From assembly GCF_006345805.1 (NCBI RefSeq), contig NW_021834646.1:1-46110 (forward strand): a stretch of 46,110 nt of DNA, in the 5' to 3' direction. The translations under genes were made by a program, and so were the position numbers. This DNA is from Octopus sinensis (taxonomy: Eukaryota). The notes below the pieces were generated by a model. That model saw only the letters and a list, made by a program, of their open reading frames with translations. It was not told the origin of the DNA and made no database searches. Shown here piece after piece: positions 12,350-25,970 of the stretch; within the stretch, counting starts at the first letter, position 1; every line of letters starts with the position of its first letter.

Positions 12350-13934
12350 CCAGTTCATGGATTTACCAAAGAAATAGATATGAAATTTGGATTAGAAAAA
12401 TGCGCCAAAGTAACCATGAAAAGAGGAAACTAGTTAAGAGTAACAACATCACACTAGATAAAACCAATGAAATAAAAAATAGACCAAAGCCAAACTTACA
12501 AATACTTAGGAATCCATGAACTAGATAAACACACACACCACAAATGAAAGAGAAAATAAAAAAAGAATATTATAGACGAGTTAGATCAATACTAAAGACA
12601 GAGCTCAATGCTAAAACAAGATAATAGTATCAACACACTTTAGCTGTCCCAGTTATAAGTTACAGCTACAATATCCTTCACTGGACACGAAATGAACTGA
12701 CCAAAATAGATAGGAAAACAAGAAAATAATGACAGGATCTAGGATGCATCACCAAAATCTGACATAGAAAGACTATATATACAACGTATAGAAGGTGGTA
12801 GAGGCCTTATACAGCTGGAAAACTACTATAAAATAACCACCATAGGACTGCAAAAATATCTTCTTCAGAAGGAAGGAAAACTGATCCAGATAGCGGCAAA
12901 AACACGAGCAAAACAAAAACTGTTCTCAGTATTTAAGGAAGCTGACAAATACAAACAAGAAATCATACAACCTAATAAACATGAAGAAGAAGAAGAAGAT
13001 GAAGAAACACAAAAAGCTATAAAACAAATGAAATCCAAAACTAAAACAGAACAGCAACGAACCATGATAAAACGATGGCAAGAAAGCCCTTCATGGTAAA
13101 TACTGCACTAAACTAAACGCAAAAGAAATAGACAAAGAAAAATCCCAGCAATGGTTGAGAAGCTCAGGACTCAAAGCAGAAACAGAGGGGATTTTAATTG
13201 CAGCACAAGACCAAAGCCTCCCCACCAGAAATTACCAAAACATGTAATGAAAAGAAATATTACAAGTAACTGCAGAATATGTGGAGATGGACAAGAACAA
13301 TAAATCATATTATCTCTAGCTGCCCAGTCCTGGCTAAGAAGGAATATATTCACAGACATGACAGAGTTGGAACCTACATACATTGGAAGCTATGCCAACA
13401 TTATGGAATAACAACAGAAAAAAGATGGTATAGGCACACACCAGAAAAGGTCACACAAAACGAGAAAGCAACCATACTCTGGGATATGCCGATACACACA
13501 GATAGAGAAATTAAGGCCAAGACCAGATTAATTTGTCAGAGATCATGAAAAAAAAAATGCTTTTTATTGATGTATCAATACCGGCAGATGACAACGTGTG
13601 TCTCAAAGAAATGGAGAAACTCTCAAAATACAAAGACCTGGAAATAGAGGTAACTAGAATGTGGAATCTGAAAACAGAAACAATTCCTATCATAGTAGGT
13701 GCATTAGGCATGATAAAATATTCAGACAAATACATAACAAAAACCACAGGACTTACAAACACATATAACATACAGAAAATTGCACTACTAGGCACTGCCC
13801 ACATCCTACGCAGAACACTTTCCATACAATAACCATCAGATCATCACAACAAATCACAGCCATACCCAAGGCACACAGAGCTGCGCTCGGTAGTGAAGTG
13901 AAAGCACGCTATAAAAATAAAAATAAAACTACGA
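12350..13934 (+). mobile_element. R4/Dong-clade non-LTR retrotransposon (restriction-like endonuclease), 5'-truncated, inserted in (TAA)n
   Basis: MKFGLEKCAK, YKYLGI, GGRGLIQLE, WLRSSGLKAETEG..AAQDQ, CRICG..HIISSC (CCHC), RHDRV, ILWD..TDR, IDVSIP..KEMEKLSKYKDL..PIIVGALG; stop at 13832; short 3'UTR; (AAT)n on both sides. Confidence 0.9.
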
Positions 13935-13958
13935 AATAATAATAATATAATAATAATA

Positions 13959-13990
<32 letters not shown>

Positions 13991-14017
13991 GATGATAAGA
14001 ATAATATACTAATAATA

Positions 14018-14048
<31 letters not shown>

Positions 14049-14091
14049 TAATGATAAATAATAATGATAATAATAATAATAATGATAATAG

Positions 14092-14133
<42 letters not shown>

Positions 14134-14300
14134 GAATAATGAATAATAATAATGATATAATAATAATAATAATAATAATAATGATATAATAATGATAATA
14201 ATAATATAATAATGAATATGATAATAATATAATATGATAATAATAATATATAATAATAATAATAATAATAATATAATAATAATAATAATAATGATAATAA

Positions 14301-14336
<36 letters not shown>

Positions 14337-14403
14337 GATAATAATAATAATAATAATATATAATAATAATAATAATGATAATAATAAAATGATAATAATA
14401 ATG

Positions 14404-14443
<40 letters not shown>

Positions 14444-14570
14444 TAATTATAATGATAATAATAATGATAAAATAATAATAATAATAATAATAATATAATA
14501 ATAGTAATATAATGATAAATAATTAATAATAATAATAATATAATAATAATAATAAATAATATAATAATAT
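13935..14570. repeat. Long imperfect (AAT)n tract 3' of the Dong-like element
   Basis: Direct inspection, ~640 bp. Confidence 0.98.
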
Positions 14571-14619
14571 AAGAAGAAGAAGAGAAGAAAGAAGAAAGAA
14601 GAAAAGAAGAGAGAAAAAT

Positions 14620-15060
14620 TTATTTCTTTTGCCCACAGGGGCTAAACATAGAGGGAACAAACAAGGACAGACAAATGGATTAAGTCGATTACATCGACCC
14701 CAGTGATTAACTGGTACATATTTAATCGACCCTGAAGGATGAAAGGCAAAGTCAGCCTCGGCAGAATTTGAACTCAGAACAAAGCGACAGACAAAATACT
14801 GCTAGGCAATAATAATAATGATTATGATGATGATGATGATGATGATGATGATCCTTTCTACTATAGGCACAAAGCCTGGAATTTGTAGGGAAAGAGATAG
14901 TCAATTACATCGACCCCAGTACTTGACTGGTACTTAGTTTATCAACCCTGAAAGGATGAAAGTCAACCTTGGTGAAATTTGAACTCAGGACAAAGCACAG
15001 GTAAAATACTGCTAAATATTTCGCCCAGCATGCTAACGATTCTGCCAGTTCACTGGCTTA
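14620..15060 (-). mobile_element. Two tandem SINE family B copies
   Basis: The family B motif occurs twice (~14690-14780 and ~14905-14990), separated by (GAT)n. Confidence 0.7.
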
Positions 15061-15071
15061 TATAATAACAA

Positions 15072-16400
15072 TTAGTCATGAAAAATGGACAGGTAATCAA
15101 CAGTGAAGGTATCCAATTACCAGATGGCCAGACATTCAAATCATTAAAAGAAGGAGAGAGAGTTATAAGTATCTAGGAGTATTATAATCTGACAGAGTAC
15201 TAACCATAGAAATGAAAATGAAAATTGAAGAGTACATCAGAAGGGTAAGGAAGGTAACAAAAATGGTCCGAAACTAGCAAAGGCTGTAAATACTTGGGCA
15301 GTATCATTACTTAGATACTCAACAGCTTTTGTAGATTGGACAAAAACTGAATTAGCAAATCTAGAAAGAAGAACTTGGAAAGAATTCAATATGAATGAAG
15401 GACTTCACCCAAGGGCAGGAGTAGCAAAGTTATACTTATCTAGAAATGAAGGTGGAAGAAGGTTGATATCAATAGAAGACTGCATGGAGTTAGCTAGAGT
15501 AGATATAAACTCCTATGTAGGTAATAGAGAAGAAAGATTATTAAGAGTTGCTAGAGACACAGCAAGATATAGGGAAACAAAAATAACGAAATGAAGTTAA
15601 AAACCAGAAAAAAGAGCAAAAGTTATCTGACTGGCAGGAAAATACTTTACATTGTAGACTCCCAAAGATAGTTGCAGCAAGTTGTAGAAGTGAGATATGA
15701 TTGTGGTTGCAGAAAGGAAGGCTAAAAAAGGGAGACAGAAAGTTTGTTTGTAGCCGTAGCAGCACAAGATCAAGCATTAAGAACTAATTAAAAGCCAAGA
15801 TAGACAAAAACCAAGTATATTCCCAGTGCATGTTATGCAAATCAAAAGAGGAAAGTGTTACTCATAAAGTAAGGGAATGTAGCATACTGGTAGAGAAAGA
15901 CTACCAGAAGAGACATGACAATCTAGGGAGAGAAATCCACTGAGAGTTATGTAGAAAGCTAGGATTTGACCATACTGATAAATGGTATGAATACGAACCT
16001 AGTAAAGTACTAGAAAGTAAGAAATATAAGATGTTGTGGGACTTTAACATTCAAGCTGACAGTGTAATAGAAGCTAGAAAGCCTGGTTTAGTAGTAATAT
16101 ACAAAGACATAGAAGTGCCAGATAATTGACTATATAGGCCCAAATGATGAAAAAATCGATATGAGAGTAATAGAAAAATAGCCAAGTACCAAGACTTAGC
16201 CATTGAATTATGGAGATTATAGAAAGTGTGGGTAAAATGTATCCCAGTAGTTATAAATGAATTAGGAGCTATCCCTAACGATTTGAACATTTGGATTGAG
16301 AAAATAGGAATAAAACCAAGGTTAGTGCAGTGTTGTTAGGGAGAAAACAGTGTTGTTAGGGAGAGCGAGGATACTTAGGAAGGTTCTTGGTATTTAAGGC
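15072..16400 (+). mobile_element. Older, diverged R4/Dong-clade LINE fragment (different subfamily)
   Basis: YKYLGVL, LHPRAGVAKLYLSRNEGGRRLISIEDC, AAQDQALRTN, CMLCKSKEESVTH..C, KRHDNLG, MLWDFNIQAD, KYQDLAIEL, LGRARILRKVL; numerous stops. Confidence 0.85.
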
Positions 16401-16431
16401 TACTTGTAGCCTAATCTGTTGTATACTCTCT

Positions 16432-16832
16432 CTCTCTTTTACTTGTTTCAGTCATTTTGACTGCGGCCATGCTGGAGCACCGCCTTTTTTTAGTCGAGCT
16501 AATCGACCCCGGGACTTATTCTTTGTAAGCCCAGTACTTATTCTATCGGTCTCTTTTGCCGAACCGCTAAGTGACGGGGACGTAAACACACCAGCATCAG
16601 TTGTCAAGCAGTGCTAGGGGGACAAACACAGACACACAAACACACACACTTACATATATATACATATATACGACAGGCTTCTTTCAGTTTCCGTTTACCA
16701 AATCCACTCACAAGGCATTGGTCGGCCCGGGGCTATAGCAGAAGACACTTGCCCAAGATGCCACGCAGTGGGACTGAACCCGGAACCATGTGGTTGGTTA
16801 GCAAGCTACTTACCACACAGCCACTCCTGCGC
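16432..16832 (-). mobile_element. SINE family A, full length
   Basis: Reverse-complement homolog of 2355-2770. Confidence 0.85.
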
Positions 16833-17228
16833 CTACATGATGTATATGAATAATAATAACAATAATATATATGTATATATGATCATAATCATAATCATCA
16901 TTGACATCATCACCAAGAAGGGTATTGACAGAATTGTTAGAAGATCAGACAAAATGTGCTTAGATATTGGTTCCGTCTCTTTATGTTCTGGGTTCAAATC
17001 AAACCAAGGTCGATTTTACCTTTTATATTTCCAGAGTTGATAAAATAAAGAACCAGTAAAGTTTAATAAAATAACTCTTTCCATTAAAATTTCGGGTCTT
17101 GTTCCTATCTAAGTACATATTATCATCGTCGTAATCATTGCCATCATTTATAATGCCTGTTTGTTTTGCATGCTTAAGTGAGCAAGTTTTGCATCATGAG
17201 AATGTAGAGCTCCCAAGCACTAATAATG

Positions 17229-17261
<33 letters not shown>

Positions 17262-17529
17262 TAATAATTATAATTATAATAATTATAATAATAATAATTA
17301 TAATAATAATCCTTTAATGTCCATTGTCCATGTTGGCATGGGTTGGATTGTTTGTCCAGAGCTGGCAAGCTGGGGAGCTGCATCAGACTCCAGTCTGATT
17401 TGGCATGGTTTCTATGGCTGGATGCCCTTCCTAACACTGACTTTACAGAGTGTGCTGGGTGCTTTTATTTGGTACTGCAGCATGGGGGCTTTAGGTGAGA
17501 CCACACAGGCACTTTTATGTGCCACTGCA

Positions 17530-17930
17530 CAGGTAGGGGAGGGAATAGTCAATTACAACGACCCCATATTCAACTGGTATTTATGTTATCAATTCTGAAA
17601 GGATGAAAGACAAAGTCTACCTCAGCAGAATTTGCACTCAAAATGCGAAGAAAGGCAAAATGCCACTAAGCATTTTGGCCATTATACTAATGATTCTGCC
17701 AGCTTTCCACCTTTACCAGTACATTAATATTGGTTTCAAATTTTGGCAAGAGGCCAAACATTTTGAGGGAGGGAGTAAATCATTTATATTGACCCCAGTG
17801 CTCAACTGGTAACTATTTTATTGATCCCAAGAAGATGAAAGGAAAAATTGACCTCAACAGAATTTGAACTCAGATCACTAAAATGCTGCTAAGCATTTTG
17901 TCTAGTGAACTAACAATTCTGTCAGCTCAA
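17530..17930 (-). mobile_element. Two tandem SINE family B copies
   Basis: The family B motif occurs twice. Confidence 0.65.
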
Positions 17931-18456
17931 CCACCACCTAAACCTTTAATATTAATGAGTGATTTACCTTTCCATACTGTATTCAGTTACTTTAACATGA
18001 GACAGGAAAAACTTCAGGGAAGCAGAATTGCTCTAAATACACCTTTTTGAAGAAAAAGTCTTCATGTAGGTATTCCTCATGGCACAAAAAACTACTCTGA
18101 TTAATATATTACATGTGTAGAAGAAACAGATGATCAAATCATTAAAGTTTAAGAGACCATAACTGATGAACTGAATTACCACAAAATTATTTCACCTTTG
18201 GTTCACAAAATTTCATTTTTCTTTTCTTTTTAAAAGTTAGAATTGCTATGAGTTAGGGACAAGCACCATGTTGGCTGACGGCTCATTTCTGTCCTTCACA
18301 GAAACTGCTTTGCATTCAGAAGGGTCAGGCACTTAACTCTATACAACTTCACAATTATTTGGTATTGCCATGACAATAACTATGTTACTGCCATTTTATC
18401 AGGAAAAATTATCTTACATTTATATATACTATATTATCAGCTGTTATTTGTAAATG

Positions 18457-18790
18457 AAGGCACATGGCTCAGTGGTTAGAGCATCAAGTTTACAATCGTG
18501 AGGTTGTGAGTTCAATTCCCAGACCGGGTTACATGTTGTGTTCTTGACCAAGACATTTTATTTCACGTTGCTCCAGTTAACTCAGCTGTAGAAATGAGTT
18601 GCGACGTCACAGGTGCCAAGCAGTATCGGCCCCTTTGCCTTCCCCTTGGATAACATCGGTGGTGTGGAAAGGAGGGGAGGCTGGCATGCAAGGGCTACTG
18701 CTGGCCTTCCACAAACAACCTTGCCCGGACTTATGCCTCAGAGGGTAACTTTCTAGGTGCAACCCCATGGTCATTTATGACCGAAGGGGG
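18457..18790 (+). mobile_element. tRNA-derived SINE (family C head and core)
   Basis: TGGCTCAGTGGTTAGAGC (A box), GAGTTCAATTCCC (B box) and the same core as 2884. Confidence 0.8.
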
Positions 18791-19434
18791 CCGGCTCCTC
18801 CTCCTATTTGTATGCTCAAGTTATATAGTATTTTCACGTCATCATTTTCTAAGGCAGACAGATGTTCATTCAAGTACCAATCATTTTATCTGTTTAGTCG
18901 AAATGGTGTGGCAAGACATATCATATTTTCTGGTGTATAGACCCAACTCTCAAATGAGACAAACTCCTACTCTCTTTTGTGGAAAAAAAGAAAAGAAATG
19001 AAAACAAATTGATTATGTTTCATCATATACACTCGGTATCCCATCCATAATACAGTCACATTAGCTGCAAAGCAGTTTTTTTGTTATATTTCAGAATGAA
19101 AAAAATTGCACCTTATACACCAGCGTATATGGTATGTAGAGCAGCTTTGCTACACATGGTACTTCCAAGTATCTTTTGTGGGAGAATTGTATAGGACATC
19201 CTGATACAGTATGGTCCATTATCTTGGAAAACATACCACAGAGATGATATGATCTATATTGAAGGATGCATAATATTCATTTCTATATGCTTAGTCCTTC
19301 TTCTGTAAGGTGAAAGGTGCAACATCTGTTGCTCCTGCTGTTTGTTGATGCTGTTGTGTGTGTGTGTTTGCCATATATGTGTGTACTTATGACCACTCAA
19401 AGAATTTGATTATTACCAAGTTCTTTTTTTTTCA

Positions 19435-19722
19435 AGCCTAGCCAGGCTCATGGGTCCGGTTTCCCCAGTTTCTGTGGCTATGTGTTCCCCCCAGCTGGAG
19501 GGACACCAGTCCATCGCAGCGTTATCCATGAAGCAGGAAGAAAGAATGAGAGAAAGTTGGGGCAAAAGAGTACAACAGAGGTCACCACCACCCCCTGCGG
19601 GGCCTCATGGAGCTTTTAGGTGTTTTCACTCAATAAACACCCACGACACCCAGTCTGGGCATCGAAACCGTGATCCTCGATTGCAAGTCCGCTGCCCTAC
19701 CACTAGGCCATTACGCCTCCAC
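19435..19722 (-). mobile_element. tRNA-derived SINE family D
   Basis: Minus-strand head GTGGAGGCGTAATGGCCTAGTGG..GGTTTCGATGCCC; homologous to 23460-23730. Confidence 0.7.
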
Positions 19723-20368
19723 ATTACCAGTTTTACTGGATGAAATTTCTTTCCTTTTAAATTGTTTTAAACAGGGCTTCTATCCCGATAGTTGATGAAA
19801 GCAAAAGTTCTGCCTTTTAGGCATTAATTTATGCTTCTGAAAAACATTTCTTGCATTTACTATTTTTCAAGATGGCTCTTCCAGAAGAAGAGCATAGACA
19901 GGTGTTAACAAAAACGTGAGTAGCACTGCACGCACACCATCCTAAAATGGGATCAAATATCTTCATGAACATGAATTTGAAAGCAAGATAAAAAATTCAG
20001 AACAGGATTAAAGAGAAAAATAAAAATAACAATGAAAAAAACAAAATAGATTTGTCAGCTCAGGCTGTCACAGTCTGATACTCCAAAATGCAAACTTGTT
20101 CTACAAATGTTCTATTACACGATGTAACCTGGCACAATAAACAGCGCCAGCAGCAGCAAGCCTTTGCTAGCATTACATGCTAAAAGGAGGTTCTGGAGGT
20201 CTGTCAAATCATGTCAATGTGCAGTGTGGTAGATGGATGTCACAAAAGTGCTGCTTCTTTTCCTTGAGGAATTTCCCAAAATGGTTGTCTTATTTTTGAA
20301 ACAACTGTAAAAAATATTTTTTTGTGCTTAATTTGTGTAACATCTAGTAAAAATAATACAATATGTTA

Positions 20369-20736
20369 TACAAGCAGTATTGCCCGGCGTTGCTCGGGTT
20401 GTAGGGAAATAACTATAAAGTATTTTTAGAGAGTTATAGCCAAAAATGGAAAAGAAATGATGGTAAATTTTTTTAGTTAAAAAGGTCGAGTTGCGTCCCC
20501 TAGACAGTCTGTGGTTTGCGTTTCTGATTCTCGAACCCCATGTCGAATTTATCGATTTTTTTCAGAACTGGGGGAACTTTTCAAAATTTTCGCTGCGTTA
20601 GTTTGAATTATGACATTGGGCTATGTGTGTGTCACGTTTCATCAGAATCGGTTGAAAGCCGTGTCAGAGTGAGGGTACAACCTAACAGACACACAGAAAC
20701 ACACACAGACAAACTGCCGTTTATATATAGAGAGAT
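20369..20736 (+). mobile_element. Non-autonomous Helitron/HINE (DINE-1-like) element
   Basis: 5' motif ACAAGCAGTATTGCCCGGCGTTGCTCGGG (hairpin) and 3' end ACAGACAAACTGCCGTTTATATATAGAGAGAT are typical of this class. Confidence 0.6.
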
Positions 20737-21054
20737 ATACATGCTTGTCCCCCTTTTCTGTCTTTATAAACACACATTTTAAATGCATGTTTATATATAT
20801 ATACTGAAAAGCATGTACGCTATATAAAGCATAAAATACCAGTTACGTTTTCTGTGTTCACACACACTCGCCCACACACACATCATCCTCATCATTTAAT
20901 ATCCATAGGCCAGACAGAATTTGTTGAGACAGATTTTGTATGACCAAGCATACTTCCTATCACCAACACTTACTTGTTTTGAAGCAAGGTAATATTCTAG
21001 CAAGCCATGGAAACTGAAACAAGCATCACTTGTATTAAGCAATGCCATTTACAG

Positions 21055-22640
21055 CAGTGTGTATGTATGTATTTATGATGTATGTATTGTATCTGTGGTG
21101 TGTGTGTATGTATGTATGTATTATTATGTATGTATGTATGTATGTATGTAGGTATGTTAGTATATGTATGTATGTATGTATTGTTGGGGTTTGTAATGTA
21201 TGTATCTGTGTGTGTGGTTTGTATGTGTATGTATGTTGTATGGTGTGTATGTATTATGTATGTATGTATGTATGTATGTATGTATGTATGTGTGTATGTA
21301 TGTGTGTATGTATTATGTCTGTATGTTTCTGTTGTATGTTTGTATGTATGTATGTAATGTATGTAAGTATGTATGTAGCATGTATGTATGTATGTATTTT
21401 TGTATGTAGTATGTATGTGTGTATGTATGTATTATGTTTGTGTGTATTAATGTATGTATGTGTATGTAAGTATGTATGTACTGTATGTATGTATGTATGT
21501 TATTTATGTATGTATGTATGTATGTTGCATGTATGTATGTACGTAGGCATGTGTGTGTATGTATGATGTATGTATGTATGTATGTATGTAATGTATTTTG
21601 TGATGTATATGTATGTATGTATGTATGTCTGTATGTATGTATGTGTGTGTGTATGTTTGATCATGTATGTATGTATGTAGGTATGTATGTCTTTGTATAT
21701 GTCTTTTCTGTTCTGATAGTATGTATGTATGTATGTAGTATGTATGTATGTAATCTGGTGTATGTATGTATGTAGGTATTTGTGTGTGGTGGATGTATGT
21801 ATGTATGTATGTATGTATGTATGTATGTTTGTATGTATGTATGTATGTATGTATTTGTGTATGTATGTATGCATGTATGTATGTGTGTGTGTATGTATGT
21901 ATGTATGTATGTATGTATGTATGTATGTATCTGTGTGTGTGTATATGTGTGTGTGTATGTGTGTGTATGAATGTATGTATGTATGTATCTCTGTGTGTAT
22001 GTGTGTATGTATCTGTGTGTATGTATCTGTGTGTATGTATGTATCTGTGTGTATGTATGTGTGTGTGTGTGTGTATGAATGTATGTATGTATGTATCTGT
22101 GTGTATGTATGTATGTATGTATGTGTGTATGTATGTATGTATGTATGTGTGTGTGTATGTGTTGGTGTATGTCATGTTGTAGTGTTTGTGTATGTTTGTG
22201 TGTGTATGTATGTATGTATGTATGTATGTATGAATGCATGTATGTGTGTGTGTATGTATGTATGTGTATATGTATGTATGTATGTATGTTTGTATGTATG
22301 TATGTATGTATGTATGTATGTATGAATGCATGTATGTGTGTGTGTATGTATGTGTGTATGCATGTATGTATGTATGTATGTATGTATGTATATGTGTGCG
22401 TTTGTGTATGTGTGTGTGTATGTATGTATGTATGTATGTATGTATGTGTGTGTGTGTATGTGTGTGTATGTATGTATGTATGTGTGTGTGTGCTTGTGTG
22501 TGTTTGTGTATGTATGTATGTATGTATGTATGTATATGTATGTATATGATGTATGTATGTGGTGTGGTCAGTCCTCTGTATGTATGTGCATGTATGTAGG
22601 TAGGTATGGATACACACACACACACATGCACACACACATA
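21055..22640. repeat. ~1.6 kb degenerate (TATG)n/(TG)n microsatellite
   Basis: Direct inspection; source of the many MYVC/HTYI ORFs. Confidence 0.98.
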
Positions 22641-22644
22641 CATG

Positions 22645-22790
22645 CTTCGATTCCCATATACCAAATCCACTCACAGGCTTTTGTTGGCCATGTCTACAGA
22701 AGAAGACACTTGCTCAAGTACTGTATAGACTGAACTCTAGACCGCATGATTGGCATGAAGCTTCATGACTACACAGCCACACCTACACGC
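22645..22790 (-). mobile_element. SINE family A head fragment
   Basis: CCAAATCCACTCAC..AGAAGACACTTGC..ACACAGCCAC, shared with family A. Confidence 0.65.
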
Positions 22791-22911
22791 ATGTGTGTGT
22801 ATATATATATATATATAGATATATATATATTTTGTATCACTCTCTATATATATATTTATGGTATATATATTATATTATATATATTGTGTATATATATATA
22901 TATTACTCCTT

Positions 22912-23325
22912 ACTCTTTACTTGTTTCAGTCATTTGACTGCGGCCATGCTGGGCACCCGCTTTAGTCGAGCAAATCTACCCGGGACTTATTCTTTGTAAG
23001 CCCAGTACTTATTCTATCGGTCTGTTTTGCCGAACCGCTAAGTGACGGGGACGTAAACACACCAGCATCGGTTGTCAAGCAATGCTAGGGGGACAAACCA
23101 GACACACAAACACTACACACACACACACACTAATATCTTATATATATATATATATATATATATATACGACAGGCTTCTTAGTTTCCGTCTACCAAATCCA
23201 CTCACAAGGCATTGGTCGGCCCGGGGCTATAGCAGAAGACACTTGCCCAAGATGCCACGTGGTGGGAATGAACCCGAACCATGTGGTTTGTTAGCAGCTA
23301 CTTACCACACAGCCACTCCTGCGCC
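22912..23325 (-). mobile_element. SINE family A, full length
   Basis: Near-identical to 16432-16832. Confidence 0.85.
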
Positions 23326-23327
23326 TA

Positions 23328-23360
<33 letters not shown>

Positions 23361-23412
23361 TATATATATATATACATATATATATCTACATATATATATA
23401 TATATATGTATG

Positions 23413-23459
<47 letters not shown>

Positions 23460-23465
<6 letters not shown>

Positions 23466-23730
23466 ATCACGTGACCGACCAGGCTATTAGATGTTGTTAC
23501 ACATCGCTGGTCACAATGCGTTCGCATTGTTTTAGCCTTTGAATGACACCATCCCGCTGGCTAAGCGAGCAGGCCAACAGAAGGAAGAGCGTGAGAAAAA
23601 GTGGTGAAAGAGTACAGCAGGGATCGCCACCCCCTGCCGGAGCCTCGTGGAGTTTTTAGTTGTTTTCGCTCAATAAACACTCACAACGCCCGGTCTGGGA
23701 ATCGAAACCGCTAGGCCATTGCGCCTCCAC
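23460..23730 (-). mobile_element. tRNA-derived SINE family D
   Basis: Shares AAAGAGTACA..CCCCTGC..CTCAATAAACAC..CTGGG.ATCGAAACCG with 19435-19722. Confidence 0.7.
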
Positions 23731-24829
23731 ATATATATATATATATATATGATGATGATGATGACGATATATACATACACACACACACACAAGCACAGAA
23801 TCACACATATCTACAAATATATGTGTGCGTCTGTGTGTTTGTATGGGGGACGAGACAGTGTTTGATTGAAAAAGAGAAAGAAATAAAAAATATCTTAAGA
23901 AATATACGTAAACACATATAAACATTACATTTCATATTTTTCTATATATTTTTCTATATATTTTGTATTCTATTCTCTTCTTTCACTCACCCCCTCTCTC
24001 TCTCTCTCTTTACATATATATTTCTCACTTTCCTTCTCTTCTTCTCTTTCAACACTTTCACTTTTACCTCTCTCCCTCCCTCCACCACCCCTCTCTCTCT
24101 CTTTCCATTTCTCCTTTGTTTTATATATATACTCTTAAAAATCTTTTCTCACACCAACTACCCTAGCTCCCTCTCACTCGGTTATTCCCCTGACTCTTTT
24201 CTTCTTTCCCCTTTTTTACTTCCCCTCTCTCCTTCCATACTTTTTTTCCTTCTTTTCTCCTCTCTCACTCCTTCAATTATCCAGCAACGACTTCTATTTC
24301 AGCATCTTATTCTATTGGCATCACGGATTTTATCATCCTGAACAATCCATTGCTGACTCAACAATAATTTCAGCCTCATATCACAGCTGCTGGCAAATCT
24401 TTCCTCAATATTGATTTCTAAGATGTGTACACACCCACCCACCACCCCTATAACTTTTTAGGTGGTAACCAGTGATGATAGGGGGTTTGCAGGTAGAAGG
24501 GGGGGCGGGTGAAAGGGGATGGGGAAATGCTTGACTGACTTTCCACTGGTACGTTACCAAAACTTTATTTTCATTTTTATCAACTCTTATGAGAAGAATG
24601 ATAGGCAGAAGCATACCTAGTAGGAATTGAACTCAAGACTATGAGATATTGGATGTGGAATATTGTAAAGTAACCCCTCAGTCAATCACTCTCTCTGTCT
24701 TTCTCGCCTTCTCCTCTCTCTCTCTCTCTTCATCTCTAAATCTTAGCCATCTTTAACAAAAGGATAAAGAATTTGTTTCTTTTCGTATTATTTGCACTAC
24801 ATTTATTGGAATTTTTTCTGATCGTCCAT

Positions 24830-24980
<151 letters not shown>

Positions 24981-25214
24981 TTTGTGTATTAAGGGTACCA
25001 GTGGTTTCATGTTAAGAAAATAGCTTAATATGTTAATAATTTTCAAGCCGATCACATATATACGTCTGTGTGTGTCTCACTTTCCTTCCTCTTCTTTTTC
25101 TCTTTCAACACTTTCACTTTCACCTCTCTCCCTCTCATTCTCTCTCTCTCTCTCTCTCTCTTAGTTTCTTTCTGTTTCTCTTTTGTTTTATATATATTTT
25201 CTTTAAATTCAATG

Positions 25215-25616
25215 ACTGGCACCTATACAAGTAGTGCGCTAAGAGCACCATCTGAGTGTGATCGTTGCCAGAGCAGCTGACTGGCTTCCGTGCTGGTGGC
25301 ACATAAAAATGTTGGTGGCACGTGAAATACCATTTGAGCAAGATTGTTGCCAGTGCAGCTGGACTGGCTCCTGTGCAGGTGGCACGTAAAAAAGCACCAT
25401 TAGAGTGTGGTCGTTGCCAGTACGGCCTCACTGGCCCTCATGCCGGTGGCATGTAAAAGCACCCACTACACTCTCGGAGTGGTTGGTGTTAGGAAGGGCA
25501 TCCAACTGTAGAAATTCTACTAGATCTGACTGGAGCCTGCTGCAGCCATCTAGTTCACCAGTCCTCGGTCAAATCATCCAACCCATGCTAGCATGGAAAG
25601 CGGACGTTAAACGATG

Positions 25617-25682
<66 letters not shown>

Positions 25683-25925
25683 CTTTTATATATATATATA
25701 TATATATGTATATGAATATATACATGTGTGTGTAAGTGGCGTTAATGTGAGTGTATGTATGTATATACACAAACACACACACACACTCTCGGAGTGGTTG
25801 GTTTGTTAGGAAGGGCATCCAGCTGTAGAAACTCTACTAGATCTGACTGGAGCCTTGTCAGCCATCTAGTTCACCAGTCCCTCGGTCAAATCATCCAACC
25901 CATGGAAAGCGGATGTTAAAATGAT
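25215..25925 (+). mobile_element. Same RTE-3'-type family; last ~150 bp locally duplicated (25470-25620 and 25785-25925)
   Basis: GGTGGCAC.TAAAA units; ACACTCTCGGAGTGGTTGG..GGAAAGCGGA.GTTAAA occurs twice. Confidence 0.7.
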
Positions 25926-25936
25926 TGATGTATATC

Positions 25937-25970
<34 letters not shown>

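Noticed and set aside
18457-18525. tRNA gene (A and B boxes)
   Set aside because: It continues into a SINE core shared with other copies and lacks a convincing cloverleaf or poly-T terminator.
19105-19135. Tc2/pogo-like terminal motif CCTTATACACCAGCGTATATGGTA
   Set aside because: No partner TIR or transposase sequence was found.
17950-20340. Unique-looking stretches as host exons
   Set aside because: No recognisable protein motif or sustained reading frame on either strand. Short exons cannot be excluded without RNA-seq.
21042-22733. Long ORFs (up to 388 aa) of MYVC/HTYI repeats, and similar ORFs at 3223-3539, 8793-9533, 26218-26569 and 43339-43840
   Set aside because: They are translations of stop-free microsatellites, not genes.
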